Shown: positions 39,226 to 50,731, counted from the stretch's first letter. The stretch: 64,000 nt of DNA from Bacteroidales bacterium (GCA_045615765.1 JAZLFM010000054.1:38265-102264), one strand, 5' to 3'. Made by a program: numbers and translations. The notes: a model not told the origin generated them from the sequence alone.

Positions 39226-40332
39226 CTAATTATTTTTTACAACCTTACTTGCCACTGATTGTTTTCCATTTTTATAAACTTTCACAAAATATACATCATT
39301 TGTGTTTGGCAAAACTACTTGTGTTGTAGAACTTAGAATATTTTCTCTTCTTACTAATTGTCCTTGTGAAGTATATAATGCATAATTGTATTTTCCCAAA
39401 ACACAATCATCGACTTCAATAAACACTTCTTGAGTAACACTTTGCCAAATTCTCACAGAATTATTTTCTATCGGCAAAATATCTGTTTTATTCTTATTCA
39501 CAGAAATAATTTGATTTCTAAATAACACTATACAAGAGTCACGATTAAAATCAGGAATAGTAATTTTAAAATTAGAAAAACAAAGACAAGTTGTTGCCTC
39601 CGAACCTCTTTCAATTGTTTCTATTTTTATAGTATCACCTTCATCATATAATTTTGCAGTATATGTTAAACCACCACAAACAACTTCTACCAAACCAGAT
39701 AAAACGAGATTACCATCATTAAAAGAATAGTTATAAAGTTCTTCTTGTGCAACAAGGTCCTGCATACAAGAATTTGGAATTAAATATGAAATTTCTTGAT
39801 TCCATTCTATATCAAATTGTCCCCAATTTGCATCTGCTTCATATGCCTTTACACAATTTTCTGGGACATAGACAGTAACACCATTAGATGAAAAATTCTG
39901 AAAAGTCTTATTTCCAACTACAGGAGGAACTGTAGAAAACAAAGAAATTTCAGTTATCCCACTACCGTTGAATATATGCGCACCAAAATTTTCAACAGAA
40001 GCAGGTATTTCAATTTTAGTTAAACTTGTTGCCAAATTAAACGCATCAGAACCTATTGTTGTAATTGTACTCGGCAATGTAACACTAGTTAGATTCTTGC
40101 AATAATTAAAAGCACTCTCACCTATTTCTGTAACAACATAATAATTTCCAGCCAAAACACTAGCAGGAATAACTATTTCACCTTTATATTCGTCACCTAA
40201 TTTATAAGTTACAGTTGCAGTTCTAGTGTCATCATCTAGAATGTAATAAATGCCATTTATTTTTGTTTGTGCTAAAGCAGAAATGCTCAACAATACCGTA
40301 AACGCAAGAGTAATAAAATGTTTCATAATCAT
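39226..40332 (-). CDS. BspA-type leucine-rich repeat surface protein, probable T9SS cargo
   Basis: Signal peptide. LRR_5-like units (IGESAFNYCKNLTSVTLPSTITTIGSDAFNLATSLTKIEIPASV). C-terminal beta-rich domain ending VYFVKVYKNGKQSVASKVVKNN. Confidence 0.65.
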   Translation of the reverse strand: MIMKHFITLAFTVLLSISALAQTKINGIYYILDDDTRTATVTYKLGDEYKGEIVIPASVLAGNYYVVTEIGESAFNYCKNLTSVTLPSTITTIGSDAFNLATSLTKIEIPASVENFGAHIFNGSGITEISLFSTVPPVVGNKTFQNFSSNGVTVYVPENCVKAYEADANWGQFDIEWNQEISYLIPNSCMQDLVAQEELYNYSFNDGNLVLSGLVEVVCGGLTYTAKLYDEGDTIKIETIERGSEATTCLCFSNFKITIPDFNRDSCIVLFRNQIISVNKNKTDILPIENNSVRIWQSVTQEVFIEVDDCVLGKYNYALYTSQGQLVRRENILSSTTQVVLPNTNDVYFVKVYKNGKQSVASKVVKNN

Positions 40333-40405
40333 AAATTTTGTTTTTCAAATATACAAAATTTTGATAATTAAGGAACTACACGAATATAATTTGGGAATTA
40401 TAACA

Positions 40406-42922
40406 TTACTCCTTCACAAACGGCAAGACCGTTTTACCGTTGTCTGTTGTTACAACCACATAATATGCTCCTACAGACAAACCAGCGACATTTAACATAT
40501 TTGCTGACATTGGTTGGACAGCTACATTTCTACCTGACCTATCAACAACTACGGCAGATTTAAAATTGCCAGAAATGGTTATGTATTCCGACGCAGGATT
40601 TGGATATACCGTAAGTGTTTCAGCATTTGAGTCAAGTACCCCACTAACAACATTCGAATACTGGTAACTTGCATCATTATCAACTATTTTTAATCTAAAG
40701 TAAATAACTCCAGAAGGAAATTTTTCCGAAGAAACCGAAGTCGAATAAATATGTCTTTCCGAAGTTGTTCCATTTGCCTCCACCTTCTGCATTGTATTAA
40801 AATGTATGCCATCAAACGAAACTTGAGTTTCAAAATGTTTAGCATTTTTCTCAGATGCCGTAGCCCAATAAAAATCTACAGTATTATTTGAAAGTGTAAC
40901 CTCAAAAGTCTCTAATTCTACTGGCAATAATGAAGAAATTGTATTTCGCCAGATTTCATTACTTTCTTTATTAAGTACACCAATTGTTTTATCATTTTCT
41001 GGATGGTTCATATCGTGATATCCACCCGCATGAATTCCGCCACTTATATGTATATTATTTGGAACCTTTAGATATAGATTAGGTTTATTACCATTACCCA
41101 TACCCGCAATATCTTTTCCTTCTTCCATTTTATAATAAGTATAGTCACCTTCAACAAAGATTGCGTCTTTTCTTTGCCCTTTTACCTCAACAAATTCCCA
41201 TACTTTGTTGTCATCTTTAAATCCAGTAGCAGCAGTACCTGGATCTATACCCGTATAATCTTTTTCAATATCTGTTATGATATATAGTTCTGAATTATTT
41301 TTAACAGTTAGCCAATTCTTTCCTACACTCGTGTGAACCATATCATTTACAAGGATGTACGTATCTTTATCGCCATCTACAATAATACCTCTATCCACCA
41401 AATGAGTTTGGTCTTCACCTACCCAAAGTTTTTCATCGACTTGAAACAATGAATTGCTTAAATATACACGACCTTGCGGACCGGTATAAGATGTATTATG
41501 CCTTTCATTTTTATCTATATTATAGAATTGATTCTTTATATGCAAACTTGCAAAATCTGTAATAGATACCACCGATACATCACCCATATTACAGAAATTA
41601 AAAGCCTCTAAAGTGCCATCACCAATTAAAATTGATCCTCCACTATTATTTGTCAGATCACTAGAGACTGTAACTTTGGCATTGTCTATAACAGTTACTG
41701 TTCCACTATTGGTTAAGGTCTTAGCAACAGTTAGAGAAGAACCTGAAGAAGCCGAAATCGTTCCATTATTTGTAAGCGCACCAGAGATATTAACATTTGT
41801 ATTTTCTGCAATATCTACTGTTCCATTATTAGTAAAATTCGTAGATGTTGTTAGAGAAGAACCTGAAGATGCCGAAATCGTTCCACTATTTGTAAGCGCA
41901 CCAGAGATATTAACATTTGTATTTTCTGCAATATCTACTGTTCCATTATTAGTAAAACTCTTAGCTACTGTCAGAAAAGAACCTGAAGATGCCGAAATCG
42001 TTCCACTATTTGTAACCACACCAGAAATATTAACATTTGCATTTTCTGCAATATCTACTGTTCCATTATTACTTAAAGTCTTAGCAACTGTCAGAAAAGA
42101 ACCTGAAGAAACAGAAATTGTTCCACTACTATTATTGGTTACGTCACCAGAGATATTGACATTTGCATTTTCTGCAATTGCTACAGTTCCATTATTAGTA
42201 AAACTCGTAGAAGTTATTAGAGAAGAACCTGAAGAGACTGAAATTGTTCCACTACTATTATTGGTTAAAGTCTTGGCAACTGTTAGAGAAGAGCCAGAAG
42301 AGACTGTTATATTTTTTCCATTATTATTTGTTAAACTACCTGAAATGCTAAGATCAGCATTAACATTTACTACTCCTCTATTTTCTAAAATTCCAGAGAC
42401 ATCTATATTAAAATCATCTCCTATCTCTAAAACTCCATTATTAGCCATCTTTTCTGTCACCGTAATCATTGACGATTTTGGCCCCGCAACAGTTCCTCCG
42501 TTATATGTCACATACTTGACTACAACAGACTGATTTTCTGCAAGAGTAAATGTTCCACCAACTCCACTTGTCAAGTTGTTAGAAATAGATAGAGTTGCAT
42601 TTTCCTCAAAAGCTACTATTCCACCATTTGTTAGATTATATGTTGCGAGTTTTGCTCCATCATGAACAACAACAGAACCTTCATTTGTTAATTTTAATTT
42701 TGTGCTGGAACCAGCAGGATTGCCTAATATAAGTTCTCCATAGATATTTAACGACTCACCTGATTTTATTAAAAAATCAGCAGTCAAATATACAACATCT
42801 CCAGCAGGTATGGTATAAACTCCTGTTTCACTGCGGAATTGTGCCAAATTTGCCGTTGTAATCTGTCTTGCATTGCAGACTAAACTGCCAAGAAATAATA
42901 TTATGAAAAAAAGGAAACGCAT
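40406..42922 (-). CDS. Large repetitive beta-helix-like adhesin with T9SS C-terminal sorting domain
   Basis: Signal peptide from MRFLFFIILFLGSLVCNA (ATG at 42920-42922). About 40-aa repeats (GTISASSGSSLTVAKTLTNNGTVDIAENANVNISG). C-terminus LTVYPNPASEYITISG...GAYYVVVTTDNGKTVLPFVKE is a T9SS CTD signature. Confidence 0.8.
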   Translation of the reverse strand: MRFLFFIILFLGSLVCNARQITTANLAQFRSETGVYTIPAGDVVYLTADFLIKSGESLNIYGELILGNPAGSSTKLKLTNEGSVVVHDGAKLATYNLTNGGIVAFEENATLSISNNLTSGVGGTFTLAENQSVVVKYVTYNGGTVAGPKSSMITVTEKMANNGVLEIGDDFNIDVSGILENRGVVNVNADLSISGSLTNNNGKNITVSSGSSLTVAKTLTNNSSGTISVSSGSSLITSTSFTNNGTVAIAENANVNISGDVTNNSSGTISVSSGSFLTVAKTLSNNGTVDIAENANVNISGVVTNSGTISASSGSFLTVAKSFTNNGTVDIAENTNVNISGALTNSGTISASSGSSLTTSTNFTNNGTVDIAENTNVNISGALTNNGTISASSGSSLTVAKTLTNSGTVTVIDNAKVTVSSDLTNNSGGSILIGDGTLEAFNFCNMGDVSVVSITDFASLHIKNQFYNIDKNERHNTSYTGPQGRVYLSNSLFQVDEKLWVGEDQTHLVDRGIIVDGDKDTYILVNDMVHTSVGKNWLTVKNNSELYIITDIEKDYTGIDPGTAATGFKDDNKVWEFVEVKGQRKDAIFVEGDYTYYKMEEGKDIAGMGNGNKPNLYLKVPNNIHISGGIHAGGYHDMNHPENDKTIGVLNKESNEIWRNTISSLLPVELETFEVTLSNNTVDFYWATASEKNAKHFETQVSFDGIHFNTMQKVEANGTTSERHIYSTSVSSEKFPSGVIYFRLKIVDNDASYQYSNVVSGVLDSNAETLTVYPNPASEYITISGNFKSAVVVDRSGRNVAVQPMSANMLNVAGLSVGAYYVVVTTDNGKTVLPFVKE
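41701..42300 (-). repeat. Coding tandem repeat, period 120 bp (two units about 126 bp), about 5 copies
   Basis: Rows 41701/41821/41941/42061 and 41761/41881/42001 align. 41761-41820 and 41881-41940 differ at 1 of 60 nt. Confidence 0.9.
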
Positions 42923-43070
42923 ACTATATCCTTTTTTGTTTCTGAATTCTTTTACAAAAAGACAAAACAAAAGTCAAAATGGATACATTGCCAAAACGAT
43001 TATAAACCGAAGCAACCAAATAGGTTACTGGATAGACAAAAAAAAAACTGAAACGTTAGCAAAATGCAAT

Positions 43071-43098
43071 AAAAAAGGGGCGTATTGCAATACGCCCC
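43071..43098 (-). terminator. Intrinsic terminator of ahcY
   Basis: Perfect palindrome ggggcgtattgcaatacgcccc followed by T6 on the minus strand. Confidence 0.8.
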
Positions 43099-43122
43099 TA
43101 ACATCATATAATCAATAAATGA

Positions 43123-44556
<1,434 letters not shown>

Positions 44557-44557
44557 A

Positions 44558-45874
44558 TTATTTTGTAAAAAGATTATCATTCAAAGCAACCAATGCTTTT
44601 TCTTTATTTTTAGTATCGATAAGAACTGAGATATTATGTTCGCTACCGCCATAACAAATCATACGAACAGGTATTTCTTTCAATGAATTTAGAACTTCGG
44701 CAGCGTGACCTTGTTCTTCTGCTATCATATTTCCAACAATACAGATAATTGTTTGGTCTTTATCAACCTCAACAGTACCTAATGTTTTCAATTCATCAAC
44801 GATTTGTGCTAGATAGTCAATTTTATCGATAGTCAACGAAATTGCGACTTCAGAAGTTGTAATCAAATCAATAGGAGTTTTGTATTTTTCGAATACTTCA
44901 AATACGCGGCATAAGAAACCATATGCTAACAACATTCTACCAGATTTGATTTTAATTGCAGTCAAACCATCTTTTGCAGCTATAGCCTTTACACCTGTTC
45001 CTATCGTTTTATTTGAGATAGTTGTTCCTTTAGCTTGTGGTTGCATTGTATTTTTCAACAATACAGGAATATTCTTAACCTTTGCAGGAAGCACTGTTGA
45101 AGGGTGAAGAATTTTAGCACCAAAATATGCCAATTCTGCAGCTTCATCAAAAGACATTTCAGCAATTGGATGAGTATTCTTAACGATACGAGGGTCGTTA
45201 TTATGAATACCATCGATATCTGTCCAAATTTCCACAACTTCAGCATTGATAGCAGCACCAATCAACGAAGCTGAATAGTCACTACCACCACGTTTAAGAT
45301 TGTCAACTTCGCTCTTATTGTTTGTGCAGATAAAACCTTGTGTAATAAACAATGTTGTATCAGGATACTTGCTTAAAACCTTTTGCAATTGTTCTTCAAT
45401 AAGTTGCATTACTGGTTCGCCATCGGCATCAACAAACATAAAATCTAAAGAATTCAACAAAACAGACTTGATGTTGTTCTCTTCGTGATATAATTGTACC
45501 AAGTTCGTTGACATAATTTCACCACGAGCAAGAATCATTTTTTCTGCCTGAAGATTGAATTGTTTGTTTGCAAACGAACGAACAACATCGCATTCACGAG
45601 CAATAATTTCTGTTGCTTTTTTGCGATATGTATCTGTTTCCAATAACCCTTCGATTACACCAGCATATTTTTTTTCTAATGCACCAATAAGGTTAGAAGC
45701 GCCATCGGCATTTCCTTTTTTATAATAATCAGCAATTTCTACAAGATTATTTGTCGTTCCCGACATTGCCGACAATACAACGATTTGTTTGTTTCCATCT
45801 GTAATAAGTTTGGAAACATTTTTCATTCTTTCAGGTGAACCTACAGATGTTCCACCGAATTTTAATACTTTCAT
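44558..45874 (-). CDS. lysC: Aspartate kinase
   Basis: [21 protein letters not shown] and C-terminal ACT-like regions. Confidence 0.9.
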   Translation of the reverse strand: MKVLKFGGTSVGSPERMKNVSKLITDGNKQIVVLSAMSGTTNNLVEIADYYKKGNADGASNLIGALEKKYAGVIEGLLETDTYRKKATEIIARECDVVRSFANKQFNLQAEKMILARGEIMSTNLVQLYHEENNIKSVLLNSLDFMFVDADGEPVMQLIEEQLQKVLSKYPDTTLFITQGFICTNNKSEVDNLKRGGSDYSASLIGAAINAEVVEIWTDIDGIHNNDPRIVKNTHPIAEMSFDEAAELAYFGAKILHPSTVLPAKVKNIPVLLKNTMQPQAKGTTISNKTIGTGVKAIAAKDGLTAIKIKSGRMLLAYGFLCRVFEVFEKYKTPIDLITTSEVAISLTIDKIDYLAQIVDELKTLGTVEVDKDQTIICIVGNMIAEEQGHAAEVLNSLKEIPVRMICYGGSEHNISVLIDTKNKEKALVALNDNLFTK

Positions 45875-45971
45875 TTCTTTTGTTTTTTAGCGTGCAAATT
45901 TACATAAAATAACAGAGCGATAGAGAGTTTTCCGCCACAAAATCACAATTATTCTATGCAAAAATCAACTA

Positions 45972-47531
45972 TTATTTATCCCAATATTTTTTTGCATCAG
46001 CTGTTGCCTTCATCATAACCTCAACAGCTTCTTTATCGTACACTTCGCCTTTCACTCGATCAAACACTCCCATTGATGGTGCTGTTGTATAGCCATTATC
46101 CCAATAAACAGGAATCAACCCATTTTCAAAAGCATTTTTGGTAACTTCATACAACCAATCCATACGAGATTGATGATGCAATTTTTGAACAACAGGATCC
46201 TCAAATTTCTTTCTATTGCAAGCAAATTCACCTAAAATCACAGGTATTCCTTTATCGGCGAACATTTCCTTCATTATCGCAAAATGCTCTTTCATAAATT
46301 TTAAATCGCCATAAGTAGAACAACGGTCTAAATCTTTTGGATTACAGTTCTTTTCTCCCCAATAATAGAATTCCTTTCCCCAATCTTCATCTTTTTCCAT
46401 ACCAGCAAAATTCCAAGGCGTATAATAATGAACCTCGAACATCAATCGATCTTGTACCACATCCTTAGGCATACCTAAAAACAATCGTCGAGTTTCGTCA
46501 ATATCGGTTGAAGGACCTTGAACAATCAAAGTTCTATAATAGTTTCTACCACCAGTAGAACGAACTGCATCAACAAATGTTTGTTCATACGAAGCCAACA
46601 CTTGCATTTGTACTTCGTTATGCACATTTGGCTCATTGCAACCAGCAAAAATCAAGCGTTCATCATAATCACGGAAATACGTAGCAATTTGCTCCCAATA
46701 TGCTTTTTGTTTTCTGTTATTGATTTCTTGCATTTCAGGAGTACAATTCTTTTCAAGCCAGCCACCATCTAAATGTATGTTCAACAAGACGTACATGTCG
46801 TGTACAAGACAAGAATCAACCATTTCCTTGACGCGAGCCAACCAAAAATCTTGAATTTTTGCCGTAGTTGTATCTACTACATACAAATCCCAAGCACAAG
46901 GGATACGAAACACATTAAAACCAGCCTTAAAAATTCCATCGGAGATACGTTTACTAGCTTTTACATTACCCCAATCTGTCTCAAACGAGACTCCAGGGAA
47001 TTTTGTTGCTCCTAGAGCGGTGCCATTTTCGCCCCAACGAATTGATTCAAACGAATTTCCCATATTCCAACCAATTCCCATTCGTTTTGCAATTTCCACA
47101 GCAGAATGTTCCATTCCTGTTTTATCTGGAGGCAGTGGATTAGTATTGTAACTAGGAAATCCATTTGTTGTTTTACACATGGATTTTTGTCCCAAACTAG
47201 AAGCATTTGCTTTTCGCTCGTTTTCTTCCATCAGAGCAAGACGAGTTCGTTGTTTGTCTGTTAAAACATCTTGTATTTTCACCTGTCTAGTCTGTTCACG
47301 AGCACGAACTGCATCGAAAATACCATCAAATTGAACAGTGTCAAATTCTGGATTGTATTCTCTTTCTATAGCCCATATTTTTTCAATCTGATTCTTTTTT
47401 AAACGTAAAGAATCTTTCCACATTGCAATACGATCTGCAGTCTTCATAGGTTGCAAATCATTTTCTTGTGCGTGCAATGAAGTAGCCAAGCAACATCCTA
47501 CCAATAGGAATACGAACAACTGTTTTTTCAT
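45972..47531 (-). CDS. Glycoside hydrolase family 5 enzyme with an extra N-terminal helical domain
   Basis: Signal peptide. GH5 core (GIGWNMGNSFE, FAGCNEPNV with the acid/base Glu, ILGEFA with the nucleophile Glu). Confidence 0.8.
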   Translation of the reverse strand: MKKQLFVFLLVGCCLATSLHAQENDLQPMKTADRIAMWKDSLRLKKNQIEKIWAIEREYNPEFDTVQFDGIFDAVRAREQTRQVKIQDVLTDKQRTRLALMEENERKANASSLGQKSMCKTTNGFPSYNTNPLPPDKTGMEHSAVEIAKRMGIGWNMGNSFESIRWGENGTALGATKFPGVSFETDWGNVKASKRISDGIFKAGFNVFRIPCAWDLYVVDTTTAKIQDFWLARVKEMVDSCLVHDMYVLLNIHLDGGWLEKNCTPEMQEINNRKQKAYWEQIATYFRDYDERLIFAGCNEPNVHNEVQMQVLASYEQTFVDAVRSTGGRNYYRTLIVQGPSTDIDETRRLFLGMPKDVVQDRLMFEVHYYTPWNFAGMEKDEDWGKEFYYWGEKNCNPKDLDRCSTYGDLKFMKEHFAIMKEMFADKGIPVILGEFACNRKKFEDPVVQKLHHQSRMDWLYEVTKNAFENGLIPVYWDNGYTTAPSMGVFDRVKGEVYDKEAVEVMMKATADAKKYWDK

Positions 47532-47548
47532 ATAACTTTTTTATTGTT

Positions 47549-47556
47549 CAAAGATA
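47549..47556 (-). promoter_or_regulatory. -7 promoter box (TATCTTTG) for the GH5 gene
   Basis: Plus-strand caaagata 18 nt upstream of the start codon. Confidence 0.5.
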
Positions 47557-47645
47557 CAAGTTTTCAACATAACAAAATGCGTTTATAAAAATATCGCACT
47601 TTTACATTTTACGTAACACAATAGTCACAGTATTCTCATTTTATC

Positions 47646-47653
47646 TATTTTTG
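47646..47653 (+). promoter_or_regulatory. -7 promoter box (TATTTTTG) for the ZIP transporter gene
   Basis: tatttttg 17 nt upstream of the ATG at 47671. Confidence 0.5.
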
Positions 47654-47670
47654 AAAAAAAGGAAAAGGGA

Positions 47671-48423
47671 ATGGAACAAATTTGGATAAGTGCAGCAGGA
47701 CTCAGTGTTGCGACTCTTATTGGTAGCGGATTAGGATTTGCAATAAAAGAACTACCACATAAATGGAACGATACAGTTATGGGATTTTGCGCAGGCGTAA
47801 TGCTTGCAGCATCAACAATAGGACTACTTGTACCAGCTGCTGAATCTGCAGGAATTTCACTGTGGTGGTTAATTGCTATTGGAGTAATTGCAGGCGCATT
47901 ATTTTTGAATGTTTTAGACGTCATAACTCCACACTTACATAAAATTACAGGATTGGATGCAGAGGAGCATCAAAATAATTCTTCAATAAATAAAGTTCTT
48001 TTGTTTGTTATGGCAATAGCCATACATAAACTTCCCGAGGGTATTGCTACCGGCATAAGTTTCCACAGCGAAAATGTAGCAAATGCTTGGGCTGTAACAT
48101 TTGGTATCGCCATACAAAACATTCCTGAAGGTATGGTTGTAATAACTCCACTTTTATTAACGGGAGTTTCGAAAATACGTACATTTCTTATTTCTCTCGC
48201 AATTGCGATGTTAGAAGTTATTGGAGTTTGGATAGGATTTGCTATCGGGAATATCTCAGACTTTTTATTACCTACAATGCTTGCATTCGCTGGCGGAGCA
48301 ATGTTATACGTAGTAAGCGACGAGATGATTCCAGAGACACACGCGCATGGTTATCAAAAGTCTGCAACTTATGCTTTGTTAATTGGTTTTATGCTACTTG
48401 TTTTTCTGGAAATGGCATTATAA
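47671..48423 (+). CDS. ZIP-family metal (zinc) transporter
   Basis: 250 aa and multi-TM. HKLPEGIA and NIPEGM motifs are typical of ZupT/ZIP. Confidence 0.85.
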   Translation: MEQIWISAAGLSVATLIGSGLGFAIKELPHKWNDTVMGFCAGVMLAASTIGLLVPAAESAGISLWWLIAIGVIAGALFLNVLDVITPHLHKITGLDAEEHQNNSSINKVLLFVMAIAIHKLPEGIATGISFHSENVANAWAVTFGIAIQNIPEGMVVITPLLLTGVSKIRTFLISLAIAMLEVIGVWIGFAIGNISDFLLPTMLAFAGGAMLYVVSDEMIPETHAHGYQKSATYALLIGFMLLVFLEMAL

Positions 48424-48428
48424 CCACC

Positions 48429-48773
48429 CTACTTTACTCTTACAGAAACCATTTTCTGTTCTGCAGAAGATGGTTCCCATGGTCGTTTATAGTCAAAAAC
48501 TAACGTGAAATCACCTTTTTCTTTGGCTACAAATGTCCAAACAACAACGCCCGCACCACCAATTAAATTATCGTTTCTCTTATACTCTACGGAAACAGAG
48601 TCAAAATTGACTGTATCCTGCTGCCACTGCCAACTATATCCAGTTCCGGCAACATAGTCTAACTCAACAGTAAACGTATCGTTTTGTGAAACTTTTACAT
48701 CCGGACGTTTTTCTATGGAAAATGACAAAAACAAAACAGATACTACACCTATAATCAATAAAATATTTTTCAT
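48429..48773 (-). CDS. Chagasin-family (MEROPS I42) cysteine peptidase inhibitor
   Basis: Signal anchor plus the three family loops: AGTGYSWQW (NPTTG-Y-x-W-like), GGAG (GxGG) and KRPWE (RPW). Start re-picked at the ATG at 48771-48773, because the ORF-track start overlaps the tRNA. Confidence 0.75.
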   Translation of the reverse strand: MKNILLIIGVVSVLFLSFSIEKRPDVKVSQNDTFTVELDYVAGTGYSWQWQQDTVNFDSVSVEYKRNDNLIGGAGVVVWTFVAKEKGDFTLVFDYKRPWEPSSAEQKMVSVRVK

Positions 48774-48790
48774 ACGAAATGGTCTTAAAT

Positions 48791-48816
48791 AAAAAAGCCC
48801 TTGCTTTTGCAAGGGC
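48791..48816 (-). terminator. Intrinsic terminator of tRNA-Glu
   Basis: gcccttgc-tttt-gcaagggc followed by a T-run on the minus strand. Confidence 0.8.
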
Positions 48817-48819
48817 TTG

Positions 48820-48891
48820 TAGCGAGTAGCGGAATCGAACCGCTCTAACAAGGATGAAAACCTTGTGTACTAACCGATATACGAACTCGCC
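48820..48891 (-). tRNA. tRNA-Glu (anticodon TTC)
   Basis: GGCGAGTTCGTATATCGGTTAGTACACAAGGTTTTCATCCTTGTTAGAGCGGTTCGATTCCGCTACTCGCTA folds by hand into a 72-nt cloverleaf. Anticodon stem CAAGG/CCTTG with loop TTTTCAT, T arm AGCGG-TTCGATT-CCGCT. Pair 1-72 is G-U. Confidence 0.85.
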
Positions 48892-48906
48892 ATATCAATT
48901 CGGGTG

Positions 48907-48914
48907 CAAAGATA
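48907..48914 (-). promoter_or_regulatory. -7 promoter box (TATCTTTG) for tRNA-Glu
   Basis: Plus-strand caaagata 16 nt upstream of the tRNA 5' end. Confidence 0.55.
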
Positions 48915-49010
48915 TACAAATTTTCTTTCACTCCAAATTTCTGAAGGAAATATGAAAAATTTTCTATCTAACTACAATCATTGATACTTTTTGTACAACA
49001 GTTCTAATTA

Positions 49011-50642
49011 TTAATTTACAACTAATGTTGTCGTTTTGTACTCATTATTTTGCAACAATACGCTTACTACAAAATTTCCCTTTGGCAACAAAGAAACATC
49101 TATGTCGTTTGTTTGTGAACTTGCTACAATTTTTCCATTCATATCATAAACCGAAGCCGACACGATTTCTTCATCATAAGCAATTGTTACTATATCATTT
49201 GCCGGATTGGGATATAATTTCAATTCCGTATTTCGTACATCATTACAACCTGTCGTTGGTACATTTACATGTACTCTATAAATTTTACAACCTATATTTG
49301 TAGTGAATGTCGTTGATTTCTGATACATAACCCCATTAAACGAATTTTGAACAACCGTGTCGATTATTTCAGAAACAGGTTTATAGATTCTGAAATTACC
49401 AGATGCATTCAATAAAGATAGGAAATACACCATACCGTTGTAATAACGCCATGTGCCTGTTGGAGGATTTGTTCTCCAAAACTTATTTAAAACTTCTTTA
49501 GCTAAAGCTTCATCTGCTACAGCAAAACAACCAACACCATTGGTTCCCGCAACACCTTCATTATAGGTTCCATCAGGATTCCCACCATCCCAATCGAAAT
49601 AACCATGCTTGTATCCATCTTTTTTAAAGAACGTCAGTAAGCGAGTCATCATTTCAGTTTGATTAGCACTATCTGCTCGAAACCAATTGTAATCCATACC
49701 GACATTCATAGCACAACGAATAGCATCAAACTTATACTGTTTTGTATCGTAACTTTGCCAATCCGGCCTATGAGGAGTTCCATCATATAAGCTATATTCA
49801 GGAAATAATCCTGAAGTTTCATGACAAGCATCACGTAAAAGTTTTCGAGCAGCATCTGCCGCCTCCGACCAAAATTCATTGTTTTCTTCTGCCCACAATG
49901 CCCATAATTCCATAAATCCAGGCAAACAATAAGAAGGATCGCTAAATTTTACGTTATCATAATAAGGAGAAAATACAACCATATGATTTTCTGCATTGTA
50001 CATATTATTTACGCCCTTCACCCCTTCCTTATTCATAATTTTTTTCAAAATATTTTGCGCTTCTGCATTGTAGTTAATCTCACCATCATTACCCCATCGA
50101 TTTGAAGCAAGCAAAAGAGAAGTAATTATGTATTCTTCACCATCAGGAGCACAACCATCGTCAATTTTCGTACCATCAGTTTTACACTGCCAAGCAAAAT
50201 ATCCATCCCATTCATTTCCATGATGTTGCATATATTTTTTCGCCCAACGCCACAATTTATCAAACTCTGTCTTTTTATCAAGTTGAACAGTAATCATCAT
50301 ACCATACGATTGTCCTTCGGTACGAACATCGTTATTTCCCACATCGTGAATGTAAGCCATATCATCGCCTACTTCACAATACACAGATGTTGCCAAGCCT
50401 GGTGTAAAAAAATGTTTATATACTTTCTCGACTTTTGCCTGCACCTCAGCTTCAGATTTTCCTAAAACATCAACAAATAGGTTACGGTATTCTCCCGTAT
50501 AATATGCACCATTTCCCTTTATTTCTTCGCCACAAATAGGACCAGAATAGCCACTACCATACGTAACACTCTGCGAAAACGCTGACATTGAGTATAGGCA
50601 TACCACACAAACTGCCATAATTGAAATAAGAATCTGTTTCAT
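49011..50642 (-). CDS. Glycoside hydrolase family 8 enzyme with T9SS C-terminal sorting domain
   Basis: Signal peptide. GH8-like VRTEGQSYGMMITV region and (alpha/alpha)6-type sequence. C-terminus LKLYPNPANDIVTIAY...GNFVVSVLLQNNEYKTTTLVVN. Confidence 0.75.
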   Translation of the reverse strand: MKQILISIMAVCVVCLYSMSAFSQSVTYGSGYSGPICGEEIKGNGAYYTGEYRNLFVDVLGKSEAEVQAKVEKVYKHFFTPGLATSVYCEVGDDMAYIHDVGNNDVRTEGQSYGMMITVQLDKKTEFDKLWRWAKKYMQHHGNEWDGYFAWQCKTDGTKIDDGCAPDGEEYIITSLLLASNRWGNDGEINYNAEAQNILKKIMNKEGVKGVNNMYNAENHMVVFSPYYDNVKFSDPSYCLPGFMELWALWAEENNEFWSEAADAARKLLRDACHETSGLFPEYSLYDGTPHRPDWQSYDTKQYKFDAIRCAMNVGMDYNWFRADSANQTEMMTRLLTFFKKDGYKHGYFDWDGGNPDGTYNEGVAGTNGVGCFAVADEALAKEVLNKFWRTNPPTGTWRYYNGMVYFLSLLNASGNFRIYKPVSEIIDTVVQNSFNGVMYQKSTTFTTNIGCKIYRVHVNVPTTGCNDVRNTELKLYPNPANDIVTIAYDEEIVSASVYDMNGKIVASSQTNDIDVSLLPKGNFVVSVLLQNNEYKTTTLVVN

Positions 50643-50693
50643 ATCTTTTTGTTTTATTAGTAAGACAACTTTTGAGAAATATACCCTACCTAT

Positions 50694-50729
50694 AAAAAAG
50701 AAAAGAGATGCTTTTCACATCTCTTTTTT
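50694..50729 (-). terminator. Intrinsic terminator after the SusC-like gene
   Basis: agagatg-cttttca-catctct flanked by an A-run and a T-run. Confidence 0.7.
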
Positions 50730-50731
50730 GC

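Noticed and set aside
41701-42300. Regularly spaced repeats that could be mistaken for a CRISPR array
   Set aside because: The units are contiguous, with no unique spacers. The period is 120 bp and they sit in frame inside a long ORF that has a signal peptide and a T9SS C-terminal domain.
41613-42533. 306-aa plus-strand ORF with its own striking repeats
   Set aside because: It is the antisense reading of the 120-bp coding repeats of the T9SS adhesin. Its periodicity is inherited from the opposite strand, and it has no start context or promoter box.
45875-45971. Possible lysine riboswitch or leader upstream of lysC
   Set aside because: Only about 97 nt are available, and I could not find the conserved helices or loops of an L-box. 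The region contains ordinary promoter-like sequence.
48774-48851. N-terminal extension of the I42 inhibitor ORF in the track
   Set aside because: The extension runs across the tRNA-Glu terminator hairpin and into the tRNA gene. The internal ATG at 48771-48773 gives a normal signal-anchor N-terminus.
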